Below are positions 50,441 through 64,000 of a DNA stretch of 64,000 bases, piece after piece. The stretch's first letter is position 1. Each line of letters starts with the position of its first letter. This DNA is from Octopus sinensis. Taxonomy: Eukaryota. Where the stretch lies: positions 126,170,001 to 126,234,000 of the forward strand of contig NC_042997.1 of the NCBI RefSeq assembly GCF_006345805.1. The letters run 5' to 3'. Under the pieces are notes generated by a model, which was not told the origin of the DNA, did not search any database, and saw nothing but the letters and a program-made list of their open reading frames with translations. A program made the position numbers and the translations under genes.

Positions 50441-52229
50441 GGTGGTGAGTTGGCAGAATTGTTAGTGCATAGGACAAAATGCTTACTGGCATTTCTTTCA
50501 GTTTTGCATTCTCAGTTCTAGCATCTCCATGGGTGATTTTTACCTTACATCATTTTGGGGTTGATGAAATAAATATCAGTTGAACACTGGGACTAATAGA
50601 ATCAACTTACCCCTTTTCTTATAATTGCTGGCCTTGTGCAAAAATTTGAAACAATTATTATTATTATTATTGTTGCTGTTGTTGTTAAGGCAATGAGCTT
50701 ACAGAATTGTTAGCATGTTGGACAAAATTTTTAGTGATATTTCTTCTGGTTTTTTTTTCCCATTACGAGTTCAAATTCTTGCAGAGTCAGCTTTACCTTT
50801 CATCCTTTTGGGGTTGATAAAATAAGTACCAGCTGAGCCAGCTGAGTACCTGGCTCAGTATTATTGACTAAATACCTCCTCCTAAAATTATTGTTACTTG
50901 GTCTTTACCCATCACTATACTGCCAGTAAAAATATTTGTCGATCATACACAGTCCTTCTTTTAACACTAGACTGTTATATAGTGGAAGACTCATGAGTTA
51001 TTTATGGTGACAATGCTCTACCTATCTATTTATCTTTCACACACACACACACACACAGAGACACTCACACACACACTAGTGTACACACACATGTGTACAC
51101 ATACACACACACACACACACACTCTTTCTCTCTCTCTCTCTCTCTTTCTCACTGTAATTCCCTCTCAACAACAATCTGTTTTTTTTCTTGAAACAGATTT
51201 TAATTCTATCGTTTACACACACACACACGCACACACACATACATACACACACACGCACACACAAACACACACACACACACACACTCTCTCTCTCTCTTCA
51301 ACACTGATTTTCTCATTCAACAACAACAACAACCTGTCATAGTGAAAGTATTTTTTTAAAGTATGTGTTGTGTTTTCTCTATGTTGAGAGACATACAGAA
51401 ACACAAAGATACACATACATACACACACACACACAAAAAATAACTATATTGTTACGTAATGAAAGTCCTTTTTTTTGAAGCTGTGTTGCTGTTCCTTTGT
51501 CTCTATGTTGAAAGATATACAGAAACACATACACACATACACACACAACCAAACGAATAACTACATATATTGTTATACAAAATGAAAGTCTTTTTTTAAG
51601 CTGTGTTGCGTTGTATTGACAAACTGGCACTTAAAATTCTTGTGTTTTTAATCAAAATTTGTCAGTTACTATGGTGACAACACCACCTATCTATCTATCT
51701 ATCTATCTATCTCTATCTATCTATCTATCTATCTATTATCTACCTATGTATCTGTACCCACACACCCCACTCACCTACACACACACTCTCTTTCTCACAC
51801 CGTATTTCTCTCTCAACAGCAACTTTTTCTCCTCCCCTTTTTCTAAAAATATATTTTGATTCCTCTCCTTTTTCCCCCTCCCTCTAATAGATGTTGTGAG
51901 GGCAGACAGATGGAGATCTGCTTCTCTTTTATAATATAAAATTGTTCTTGTTGTTGTTGCTAAGGCAGCAAGCTGACAGAATTGCTAGCATATTGGACAA
52001 AATGGTTAGTGGCATTCTGATTTTTTCCATTCTGAGTTCAAATTCCTCCAGAGTTAACTTTACCTTTCATCTTTTTGGGGTTGATAGAATAAGTACTAGT
52101 CGAGCCATTTGTGTACTGGGTTCATTGTAATTGACATAATGCCTCACCCTAAAATTGCTGGACTTGTGACAAAATTTGCAGATTTTTATTTTACTATTGT
52201 ATTATTATTTCATTAGTGCATACTTATTT

Positions 52230-53170
52230 AGTTAGCAAGTATTTTATCTTGAGGTTTAGTGACAACAAGTCCCCTCAAATCTCAAAAATCCTTATTAGAA
52301 TTCTTGTAAGATACAGGATGGTACTTTTCTGCAAGTCAGCAAGGCAAGTTACAATCCAAGTCTCTTTCATTCCTACAGGTAACATTTTGGGATTTGTGCC
52401 AAGTGCACCAAATACCACAGGAATAATTGTTGTCTTGGTCTTCCACAGTCTCCTCAGCTCTCTGACTAGATCCTGATATTACTAGCTGCAAAGTCAATAA
52501 TCGCATACTGTTTGTTTATTTTGTCCTCTATAATCATATCTGGTCTTCTTATTTCAATAGTATGGTCAGTCTTTATGAGATTTCCTATGGGACTGAAGTC
52601 CCATAGGATCCTGTAATTCTCATTCTTTGTCACAGCCTCTGGTCAGTATTCATACCACTTTTCTGTTGTTTTGAAGTTACACACTTAACTAACATCCCAA
52701 TGCACTCTTTTGCCTACACAGTCATGCCTGCACTTATACTCCTTTTGTGCTAGTATACTGCACTCACTCAAAATGTGACACTCTCATCTCCTTTTCCATA
52801 GATTCTAAATTTGCTGTCTGAGTTTTGGCAATCTTTGCCTTTATCAAATTTATTCTAAGGGCTTGTTCCTGAGTGGCTATAATTAGCATTTCTGTTTCTT
52901 GTTTCAAATTCTTATCAGCCAAATCCATCAATCTTCACTTCCAACATTCTTGGTTTGTTGCATGAATTGGCTATGCAGTTCCATTTCCTTTCATTTCTTT
53001 ATTCTGTGGTTTTTCTTTTTCTCTTTGATTTCTCTTACTGTTTCACTCACTCTTCAGGTATCTCTGGCTGCCGAAAGTATTCTTTCTTTACAGTGTACAA
53101 CATAAATTTCATGCCCAGTGTTGCAGTACTAACAACATCTTCCATGTTTATCCTTAATATTATCCTACAT
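52230..53170 (-). mobile_element. Decayed R4/Dong-like retrotransposon 3' half
   Basis: Minus-strand remnants LAQKEYKCRHD, VHW, KWY, ILWDF and RPD, with many lesions. Confidence 0.7.
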
Positions 53171-55112
53171 GTTCCTGCATTACTGTTTTGTTCAAGGTAT
53201 ATATGTATATCATCATCATCATCATCATCATCGTTTAACGTCCGTTTTCCATGCTAGTATGTGTTGGACAGTTCGACCGGGGTCTGGGAAGCCAGGAGGC
53301 TGCACCAGGCTCCAGTCTGATCTGGCAGTGTTTCTACAGCTGAATGCCCTTCGTAACACCAACCACTCCGTGAGTGTAGTGGGTGCTTTTTACGTGCCAC
53401 CGGCACAGGTGAGGCTGGCAACGGCCACGATTGGTTGGTGCTTTTTATGTGTCACTGGTACAGAAGCCAGTCAAGGCGGCACTGGCATCAGCCACGTTCA
53501 GATGGTGCTTTTTACGTGCCACTGGCACAGGTATCACAACTACAATTTCCATTTGATTTTTTGATGTTGAGAGAAGGGGAGAAAGGGAGACTAACAGAGA
53601 GAAAGGAAGAGAAGGTACGATATTATTTTGCATATGTGCGTTCAAATCACAAGCACAATCAAAATGTTTAACATAGTGAAACAATGTCATGAAGATTTAT
53701 AAATTCTTTATTTCCTTCTTTTGTTTGGATTTCATTTCATACTGTCAATGAATGATTTTCATTTGTTAATTATTTATTAAACCAACTGAACACATTATAA
53801 ATTATAGCAGTTAATTTCAAAGAAACAGAAAAAGAAAGTGGGATGTTGAGCAGCAGAAGATAGAGGTGGAGGGAGTAATAGGTCTTACACTTCAGAACAA
53901 ATGGTGTACTCAGATATACTGAGAGATAGTTAAATTAAAGGGAAATAACCTCAGCAAATAGCTATGGATGATACACTTTTATCTTTTACATATTCCAGAC
54001 CAAAAGTTGTTGCCATGCTGGGGCATGCCGTTATCAATGTTTTTTTAGTTATTTGGTTTAAATACTTACGGGTATTAAGAGAGTAGAGAGATACAAAATG
54101 GAATGCAGATATGAGAGTTAATTAGCCAGCTGTCTGGCTCACTAGATAGATAAATAGGTATGTAGGTGAGTCTATAGATATATATGTAAGGTGGCTGGTG
54201 TTAGGAAGGGCATCCAACTATAAAAACCCTGCCAAAATAGACAGTGAAACCTGGTGCAAACATCTGCCAAGACAGCTCCTGTTAAACTATCCAACTCATG
54301 CCAGCATGGAAAAAGGATGTAATAGGTGAACTGAACTGAAATGAAAAGAAATGGGAAAAAATGAAAAAAAATCTCAATTGGTAAATTACTGTGACTGAGC
54401 CTTGGTGGGGTTGGATAGCGAAAAGTGTAGTTTTATATATATATATTGATTTGGCTCCAATCTCTGCCAAATCAAGATTGGAGCCTGGTGCAGCCATCTG
54501 GTTCGCTAGCCCTCAGTCAAACTCGTCCAACCCATGCTAGCATGGAAAGCAGACGTTAAATGATGATGATGATGATGATCATCATCATCGTTTAATGTCC
54601 GTTTTCCATGCTGGCATGGGTCGGATGGTTTGACTGGGGATTGGCAAACCAGGAGGCTGCACCAGGCTCCAATCTGATCTGGCAATACTTCTACAGCCGG
54701 ATGTCCTTCCTAATGCCAACCACTCCGAGAGTGTAGTGTGTACTTTTTACTTGCCACCAACAAAAGAGCCAGTCAGGTGGTACTGGCATTGGCCATGTTC
54801 AGATGGTGCTTTTTACGTGCCACCGGCATGAATAAGTTGTTTTATCTTTTTAATTCATCTTTTATTTCCTTAAATTAAAAACCACATCATATCTGTCAAA
54901 CATATTAAGAAATGAAAAATAAGCAATGGCTTCTAAGTTCATTTCAATTATATTTAAAAGTGCAGCTTTGATTAAATGACAGGATTTCAAAAGAATATTT
55001 TGAAATTTCTTGCTTGTGTTTAATATAACATGTTTTCAAATAAGCTGACTCACACTGTGGAATATCCACAGGTCCTGCTAGTTATTATTATTATTATAAT
55101 TATTATTATTAT

Positions 55113-55394
55113 ATGTTTGACTTTTGCTTTGTATTTGTATACATTGACTCCAAGTCTCACTCAGAGACCTCAAGAGACAACAAGTTAGAAGTTCATGTTG
55201 GTGTTATACCTAGGGTGTCATATATTTGGTTTTGCACAAAGTATCATTCTAGAGAATGTTCAAGAAAACATAAAAAAATTATGAGTTTGTTTTAAAGTTT
55301 GACATTACACAGACAATATTTTATTTAGGTTTTGGGAAGTTGCCATGAGCACTGTCTTTTGAATTTCTGCCTTTTTGGGGTTCCTGGTATCTGA
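55113..55394 (-). mobile_element. Very short R4/Dong-like 3' end between (TAA)n tracts
   Basis: QIPG...AEIQKTVLMAT C-terminal remnant, similar to LQEVQKIVLTGT at 43860; TAT/TAC repeats on both sides. Confidence 0.6.
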
Positions 55395-55414
55395 ACTACT
55401 ACTACTACTACTAC

Positions 55415-55494
<80 letters not shown>

Positions 55495-55754
55495 CATTAT
55501 CATTTTTTATTATCATTATCATTATCATTATTATTATCATTATTATTATTATTATTATTATTATTCGGGCTGGGAGAATCATTAGCATGCCGGGTAGATT
55601 GCTTAACAGCATTTTGCCCGTCACTACCTTCTGAGTTAAAATTCCACCAGGTTCGACTTAGCCTTTCATCCTTTCGGAAACACGGGTTGATGTAATCGAC
55701 TATTCCTGTCCTCAAAAATTTGAGGCCTTATGCTTCCAATATAAAGGATTATTA

Positions 55755-55812
<58 letters not shown>

Positions 55813-55837
55813 CATTATTATTATTATTATCATTATT
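55395..55837. repeat. (TAT)n/(CATTAT)n tracts flanking a SINE
   Basis: Seen directly. Confidence 0.9.
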
Positions 55838-56318
55838 TGAGCTGGGGGAATTGTTAGCATGGTGGGCAAAATGCTTAACAGTATTTTGTCAATCTTTATG
55901 TTCTGAGTTCAAATTATGTTTATGCTCATCTTTATGTTCTCCATCTTCATGTGGTGGGTTCAACAACACGAACACATGGTACAAGTAAAGTATTAGCAGA
56001 CACTCAGGGAAGGAAAGAGAGGTAGTTTTAAGTTTCGAGCAAATATCTTCTTCAGAAACAGGAGACAGACGAAAGTCCAATAGAAAAGGAAGATGAAGGA
56101 AAAATAAAAATCGTCAATGATTCACATGTGGTTAAATTTTGAAAATGTGTGTATATATATATATATATACTGTTGAAAATTTGTATTTTGCAACTGAAGA
56201 TGGCATTGTATTTCAAATTGATGTAATGCTTGTTCAATTAATTGGAGCTGCCTGAAACGTCCATATTGCATTAATACTTTGACATCCTTGTTACTTATTT
56301 GCTTTATATATATATATA

Positions 56319-56612
56319 TATTGTATAAAGGATTGTGGGTAAGGCCAGAACAATGTGAAGTAAATGCAAGGCATATCCCAAGAAAACAAATATATGAATT
56401 AATGTAGACTTACCTTGCATTCAATATTTAGGGGTTATGACCCCATTTTCAAGAAAGCGGCAACATTCATTAATTTCTTGGAAATGAAGTCATAACCAAT
56501 GAAATATTGAATACAAGGTTAGTCTACATTAATTCACATATTTTTTTTCTTGGGATTTGCCTTGTATTTACTTCACATTGTTCTGGCTTTACCTATGGTC
56601 CTTCATACAATA
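56319..56612. mobile_element. ~290-bp palindromic fold-back element
   Basis: Arms of ~135 bp pair along their length (e.g. GCCAGAACAATGTGAAGTAAAT / ATTTACTTCACATTGTTCTGGC); flanked by TA/CA repeats. Confidence 0.8.
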
Positions 56613-56642
56613 CACACACACACACACACACACACATACATG

Positions 56643-57001
56643 CAGGGTGATTCAAAAGTCTCCATACATAGGAAAAAATAATTTTTTTTATAAGAAACAG
56701 TTTATAAGATCCCCTAGATCTCCTGATCTGACCCCTCTTGATTTCTATCTTTGGGCACAGTATATCACTGAAAGATGAAAGACATAAATCATTTGAAGGA
56801 ACACATCACCATCTCATTTGCACACGTATCATCGGATGTGCTATTATGAGTTCACAATGAGTGGGTTAAACGTATTGCAATGTGTATTCAAAACAATGGT
56901 AGCCATATAGAGACTGTTAAATGAAAAAAAATCCTTCTTATAAACTGTTTCTTATAAAAACATAAATTGCTCTTATGTATGGTGACTTTTGAATCACCTT
57001 G
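56643..57001 (+). mobile_element. Internally deleted Tc1/mariner element
   Basis: ~65-bp TIRs CAGGGTGATTCAAAAGTC...; transposase remnants SPRSPDLTPLDFYLW and WVKRIAMCIQNNGSHIE; TA on the right flank. Confidence 0.85.
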
Positions 57002-57364
57002 TATATATATAAATATTTTTTTCTGCGCAAATGGTTTTGTTATATGGTGACAAGTTTTACAATCCTGTAAATAATAACAATGGTATATATATATATATAT
57101 ATACCATTGGCACGCAAAAGCACCATCCAATCATGGCTGTTTGCCAGCCTCATGTGGCACCTGTGCCAGTGGTACGTAAAAGGCACCTACTACACTCACG
57201 GAGTGGTTGGCGTTAGGAAGGGCATCCAGCCATAGAAACATTGCCAGATCAGACTGGGCCTGGTGCAGCCTTCTGGCTTCCCAGACTCCAGTTGAACCGT
57301 CCAACCCATGCTAGCATGGAAAGCGGACGCTAAACGATGATGATGATGATGATGATATATGTAT

Positions 57365-57677
57365 ATCACTGTGATCACCGTGACCGACCAGGCTATCAGA
57401 TGTTGCTACACATCGCTGGTCACAATGCGCTTTTGCATTGTTTTAGCCTTCAAATGACGCCACCCCACTGGCTAAGCAAGCAGGCCAACAGAAGAAAGTG
57501 TGAGAGAAAGTTGTGGCGAAAGAGTACAGCAGGGATCACCCCCCCCCCTGCCAGAGCCTCGTGGAGCTTTAGGTGTTTTCGCTCAATAAACACTCACAAC
57601 ACCCGGTCTGGGAATCGAAACTGCGATCCTACATCCGCGAGTCCACTGCCCTAACCACTGGGCCATTGCGCATCCAC
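57365..57677 (-). mobile_element. tRNA-derived SINE, related subfamily
   Basis: TGGCCCAGTGGTTAGGGC head and TTCGATTCCC B box; shares GAGAGAAAGTTGTGGCGAAAGAG with 133-437. Confidence 0.7.
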
Positions 57678-57704
57678 AAACACACACACACACATATATA
57701 TATG

Positions 57705-57736
<32 letters not shown>

Positions 57737-57984
57737 TATATCATTCTTATGAAACTGCTTACTTCCCTCAATCCATTGTCTGTGTCCTCTCTTATGCTCT
57801 CCTCCTTGTACTTTGAAGGGTGCTCTGGCAACACATCACGACTGTCGTTCTCTTCTTTCCAGCTACTCCCATTCTCCCTTATATAATGTGGGGAAGCCAT
57901 GTATCTTCTCTAAAGCAAGATTTTTGTGCTTGTCCCTCTGTCATACCTGCCATAAAACCACCTTACCTTCTCAAATATCTTCTC

Positions 57985-58213
57985 TACTTACTCTTTTACT
58001 TGTTTCAGTCATTTGACTGCGGTCATGCTGGAGCACCGCCTTTAGTCGAGCAAATCAACCCCAGGACTTATTCTTTGTAAGCCTAGTACTTATTCTATTA
58101 GTCTCTTTTCCTGAACCACTAAGTTACGAGGACATAAACACACCAGCATTGGTTGTCAAGCGATGTTGGGGGAACAAACACAGACACACAAATATATACA
58201 CACACATATATAC

Positions 58214-58264
<51 letters not shown>

Positions 58265-58460
58265 TATATATATATATACACATATATACATATATACGGC
58301 AGGCTTCTTTCAGTTTCCGTCTACCAAATCCACTTACAAGGCCTTGGTCAGCCCGAGGCTATAGTAGAAGACATTTTCCCAAGGTGCCACGCAGTGAGAC
58401 TGAACCTGGAACCGTGTGGTTGGTAAGCAAGCTACTTACCACACAGCCACTCCTGCACCT
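57985..58460 (-). mobile_element. tRNA-derived CORE-like SINE with expanded internal TA/CA microsatellite
   Basis: Matches 9289-9648. Confidence 0.8.
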
Positions 58461-58699
58461 AGTTGAAGGTTTATTTTTGTTCTAGTATTTTCCTGTCTTG
58501 CTGGTTACTTGGTGATCTCACTAGTGCTGGTGGCACAAAAGAAGCATTCAGTCCACACTGTAGAATGGCTGGCAATTAGGAAGATCATCTAACTGTCGAA
58601 ACCGTGCCAAAGTGGACACTAGAGCTTGATGCAGCTTTGCAGCTCAACGAATCCTGACAGACTGGAGAACCCATGCTGTCATGGAAAATAATGTTAAAT

Positions 58700-58808
58700 C
58701 ATGACGACGACGACAACAACAACGACAATAATGGTGATGCTGCTGCTACTGCTGTTGCTGCTGATGGTGATGATGAAGATGACAAAGATGATGATGACAA
58801 TGATGATG

Positions 58809-58885
<77 letters not shown>

Positions 58886-58954
58886 GGTGGTGGTGATGAT
58901 GATGATGATGATGATGGTGATGATGATGGTGATGGTGATGACGAAGATTATAAA

Positions 58955-58987
<33 letters not shown>

Positions 58988-59215
58988 GAGGATGATGATG
59001 ATGATGATGATGAGGTGGGGAAGGAGGTGTGTCGGAGGAGAGGGAGGAGGTGATTGGGGAGATCAGGAGGAGGAGGAGGAAGAGGAGGGAGGGGAAGGGA
59101 GGAGTACAAGGACGACAACAACAATGATAATGACAATGATGATGATGGTGATGATGGTGATGATGCAATGATTATGATGATTATGATGATGAGGATGATG
59201 ATGATGGTGATGATG

Positions 59216-59247
<32 letters not shown>

Positions 59248-59266
59248 GATGGTTATGAAGATGATA

Positions 59267-59349
<83 letters not shown>

Positions 59350-59430
59350 GATGATAATGATGATGATGATGATGATGGTGATGGTGACGGTGATGGTGAT
59401 GATGACGGTGATAATAATGATGATGATGAT
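58700..59430. repeat. ~730-bp (GAT)n/(GGT)n/(GGA)n trinucleotide field
   Basis: Seen directly; explains the poly-D/M/H ORFs. Confidence 0.95.
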
Positions 59431-60189
59431 AAATAAGAAACTGTTAAAGTTACCCCTGATCTTCTCAACAAAGCAAAAAAACCATTTAAGTAAAAAACTA
59501 CTTCCTTTAGAATCACCAAGTTTTTTGTTGCAATAACTGCTGTTCATTGATTATATTTTGTCTCTACCAAACTGAACATTTTATATTCTCAATGCACAAT
59601 ATTTTCAACTGTTTGTGTGTTTCTGTGAGTATATATAAATGTCATTCAATAATTATACACACTGTTTTCTTATCTGATACTGATGTTTATCACTTACATG
59701 AAAACTAATGGAATTACTGTTTTCAATTATGATTGTGGAGTCTAGATACTGTAACTAGAGAGATGGGGTGGATGGGTTAGCTGACAACACTTGGCATCCT
59801 TCCTCCACACGCCAACAGACTGCATCATTTCTTCATCTTCCACTCCTCTTTATTCATGTACGTCTTCTGTCTGTAAAGTAATTATCTTACAACCATTGCC
59901 ATTGACACCATTGCTACTGCTATCGCCACTTCTACTGCCGCCACCGGTACTGCTACTGCCACCACAGCTTCCGCTGCCACCACTACAACCGCCACTGCCA
60001 CCACCATCACCAATTCCACTAACACCACCATACCACCATACCACCATACCACCAGACGTTGTTTTAGTCACGTCTGCCATCATCATTATCATCATCATCA
60101 GGATTGGTGTTGGTTGATGTTGTTGTTATAGCGTCTACTTTTCCATGCCTGCATGGATCAGATGAAACTCATTGAGGCAGAATACCAAC

Positions 60190-61060
60190 ACCATCACCAT
60201 CCTTCACCATTGCCCTCGTTCACACCAATGTCTTCATCATCATTATCATCATCGCCATTGTTGCCACCATCACCATAATCACTGACACTACCATCATCAT
60301 GACCACTACCACCACTACCACCACCATCACAATCACCATCATAGCTGCCATTGCATCACTATTAAGACAGCCACTGCCATGACCACCACGATGACCATCA
60401 CCACAGACCACCACCATTGCCACCACCACAGACTACCACCATTGGATCACTACAAAGACAACCATTGCCATCATCATCACTACCACCATCACTGCCATTG
60501 CATCACTACTAAGACAACCACTGTCATGACCACCACCATGACCATCACCACAGACCACCACCATGGCTATCACCCCAGACCACCACCATTGGACCACTAC
60601 AAAGACAACCATTGCCACCACCACCACCACCACCACCACCACCGCCACCACCACCACCCCACCACCACCACCACACCACCGCCGCCGCCACCGCCACCAC
60701 CACACCACCACCACCACCGCCGCCACCACCACCACCACCGCCGCCGCCGCCACCACCACCACCACCACCACCACCCACCACCACCACCACCACCACTGCC
60801 GCCGCCACCGCCACCACCACCACCACCACCACACCACCACCACCACCGCCGCCACCGCCGCTGCCACCACCACCACCACCACCACCACCACCACCACCAC
60901 TGCCATTGCATCACTACTAAGACAACCACTGCCATGACCACTACCATGACCATCACCACAGATCACCACCATAACCACCACCATTGGTTGACTACAAAGA
61001 CAACCATTGCCATCACCAGCACCACCACCACAACCACCATTATTACCTTACATTCCACCA
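60190..61060. repeat. (CAC)n field with three copies of a ~140-bp higher-order unit
   Basis: TGCCATTGCATCACTA.TAAGACA.CCACTG recurs near 60346, 60493 and 60901. Confidence 0.85.
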
Positions 61061-61310
61061 TCACAACTGTCTATTGGAGGAGACCTCTTAAGTTAACTAC
61101 CACTGAGTATTTTACTGTTGTTATACTCACACTTTAACAGCCATTGTGTATGTGTTCTTCTAATTAATATCAAGTAATTATTCCAGTTTGAATAAATGAG
61201 TTTATCAAACTATTGTTACAAACTTTCCTTGCAAAAAAATAAAAGCCAAGGAACATTACTTGAATTGGCTAATGAAATTTGTATAATTAACATAGTTAAT
61301 GATATATACT

Positions 61311-61556
61311 TTTTTACTCTTTTACTTGTTTCAGTCATTTGACTGTGGCCTTGCTGGAGCACTGCCTTTAGTCGAGCAAATTGACTCCAGGACTTATTCT
61401 TTGTAATCCTAGTACTTATTCTATTGGTCTCTTTTACTGAACCGCTAAGTTATGGGGATGTAAACACACCAGCATTGGTTGTCAAGCGATGTTGGGGGGA
61501 CAAACACAGACACACAAACATATACGCACACATACATACATACATACATACATACA

Positions 61557-61592
<36 letters not shown>

Positions 61593-61768
61593 CACACATA
61601 TATACGAGAGGCTTCTTTCAGTTTCCGTCTACCAAATCCACTCACAAGGCTTTGGTCGGCCTGAGGCTATAGTAGAAGACACTTGCCCAAGGTGCCACAA
61701 AGTGGGACTGAACCTGAAACGATGTGGTTGATAAGCAAGCTACTTACCACACAGCCACTCCTGCGCTT
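61311..61768 (-). mobile_element. tRNA-derived CORE-like SINE with internal (CATA)n
   Basis: Matches 9289-9648. Confidence 0.8.
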
Positions 61769-63360
61769 ATATATACATAAATTCTTAATAAACTGAAATA
61801 TGAAGAAAGAAAAAATAAAATCAAGGGGTAATTATTGGTGACATTCAAGGTGAAGGGTAGACAACTTAAAAAAAAAATAGGAATTAATTAATTAATAAAA
61901 AAAATAGGAGTTATCAATTTTCATGTTTATGGAAAAATCTGATATTTGTTGCTAACAAAGATTAGTCTTTCCTGACATAAAAATTATTTTCTGTGAAATT
62001 AGTAATAATTTCTTGGAATTGTCTCCCCTTTTCTTTGTGAGTTGCTCAAAACTGCTGCATGGTTTTTGTTTGCTTTCTCTAATTTTAATTCATTTGAAAT
62101 TTATGTTTTGCATACATCATTCAGAATATCACTATCTATTCCTGATTATATAATACACGTCATACTTGTGTTCAAACACCCACAGTGAAATGAAGGTGTA
62201 ATTGAGTGAGCAGTGAGTGGGAAATCATGATGACAAACAATATGGATATTAATATTTTTGATATTTTAGTAATGTTATTGTTGTTTAGTCTCATGTTGGA
62301 CTTTTTCTAACCAACCAATGATAACATTGTAGTCCAACAATGACCATTCCTCTTATAGTAGACTTGCAGTGCAGGTTTCTGATCCTGCTAAAGTTTGTTG
62401 GCCAGGTGAGAATGTCATATAACACACTGTAGAGACAGAGAGAGAGGGAGGGAGAGAATCTTAAGATATTAGTCAATATGTCATTATGTCATTATTTAAG
62501 ACAGAGCAATGTGATTTGAAGAATATCTGTGGCTGTGTGACAAGAAGTTTGCTTTGAAGGTGGCGAGCTGGCAGAATCATTAGCACACTGGATGAAATGC
62601 TTAGCGGTATTTCATCTGCCATTACGTTCTGAGTTCAAATTCTGCCGAGGTCGACTTTGCCTTTCATCCTTTCGGGGTCCATAAATAAAGTACCAGTTAC
62701 GCACTGAGGTCAATGTAATCGACTTAATCCGTTTGTCTGTCCTTGTTTGTCCTCTCTGTGTTTAGCCCCTTGTGGGCAATAAGGAAATAAGAAGCTTGCT
62801 TCCCAACTGTATGTTTCCAGGTTCAGTCCCACTGTGTGGTGTCTTGGGCTAGTGTTGTCTGATATAGTCTCAGGCTGTCCACAGCCTCGTGAGTGGATTT
62901 GGTAGATGGAAACTGAAAGAAGCCTATTGTATGTGTGTGTGTGAGTGTGTGCACATGTGTGTCATTGTGTTTGTGTTTGTTCCCCATCACCACTGGACAA
63001 CTGGTGTTGGTTTGTTTATGTCCCAGTAACCTAGTCATAGTACTGGGGTCAATTTGTTCCGCTAAAATTCTTCAAGCATGGCCTGAAGCAAGTAAAAGAT
63101 AGAAGAAAATAAAAAAAAAGAAAAACATACAGAGGTGGTGCCCCAGCATGGCCACAGCCTCACGGCTGAAACATATAAAAGAATAAAAGAACTGAGGATC
63201 TCAAAGTTCATATAAGAACTGGTTACATTGCATAATGCAGCACATCTCACACAGAAAAAGAAAATAATGATAAAATGCCATTTTGTGATGCCATTTCATA
63301 GTTATATACGCCATCACTATGACTTCTTCTCATTGGTTAACTTATCTTACCAGTGCCAAA

Positions 63361-63655
63361 TGTGGAGGCACATGGCCTAGTGGTTAGAGCAGTGGACTTG
63401 CAATTGAGGGATTGCAGGTCCGAATCTCAGACTGGGCAATGTGTGTTATTATGAGTGAAACACCTAAGCTTCACGTGGCTCTGGCAGAAGGTAATAGCAA
63501 ACTTCTGGTGACTCTTTCGCCACAACTTTCTCTCACTCTTTCCTCCTGCATCTTGCAACTCACGTGCAATGGACCAGCGTCCCATCCAGGTGGGGAACCT
63601 ATACGCCAAGGAAACTGGGAAACCGGCCCTTATGAGCTAGGCATGGCTCAAGAAG
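63361..63655 (+). mobile_element. tRNA-derived SINE
   Basis: TGGCCTAGTGGTTAGAGC head; body matches 133-437. Confidence 0.8.
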
Positions 63656-64000
63656 TAACAAACAACCAGTGACAAATTAGATGCCACTGTACTCACATGT
63701 TTGTTTGTTTGACTAATTTCTTGAACACTTTGCTCTTTTATCTCAGAAGCTATTGAAGCTAGATAATCTGACGCTTTATATAAATAAGGTACAGGTATGA
63801 CCATGGAGTCAAGAAGTTTATTCTGGATTTGATTCCATTGTGTGGCATCTTTGGTGGCTTTTACCACTACTTCAGATCAACCTAAGCCTTTTAAGAGAAA
63901 CTGAGTAGACAGAAACTGTGTAGAAGCTTCTGTCAAGGTGGCGTGCTGGCAGAAACATTAGCATGTTGGGTGAAATGCTTAGTGGTATGTCTGCCGCTAT

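Noticed and set aside
58673-61137. Long poly-Asp/Met/His/Pro/Thr ORFs
   Set aside because: Translations of trinucleotide repeats with no splice or homology support.

Overview
AT-rich, microsatellite- and retroelement-dense animal DNA; the repeat families look like coleoid cephalopod (probably Octopus; inferred, not searched). Two spliced genes sit head-to-head: (1) the first seven coding exons of a ZCCHC8 (NEXT complex scaffold) orthologue on the minus strand (ATG 8474, running off the window start), with two U12-type (minor spliceosome) introns; (2) a complete four-coding-exon, 362-aa DUF4807/F58A4.6-like gene on the plus strand (15121-27046). The remaining ~36 kb has no supportable host gene. 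It holds tRNA-derived SINEs, RTE-X-like LINE fragments with a variable tandem repeat in the 3' UTR, R4/Dong-type elements in (TAA)n, MITEs (mariner, piggyBac, hAT), a non-autonomous Helitron, long fold-back palindromes and simple repeats. Most notable: a tRNA-headed element with a Penelope-type minimal hammerhead ribozyme motif, arranged as a head-to-head palindrome in a ZCCHC8 intron, plus four more hammerhead-like motifs. All family assignments are from recalled motifs, not database searches.
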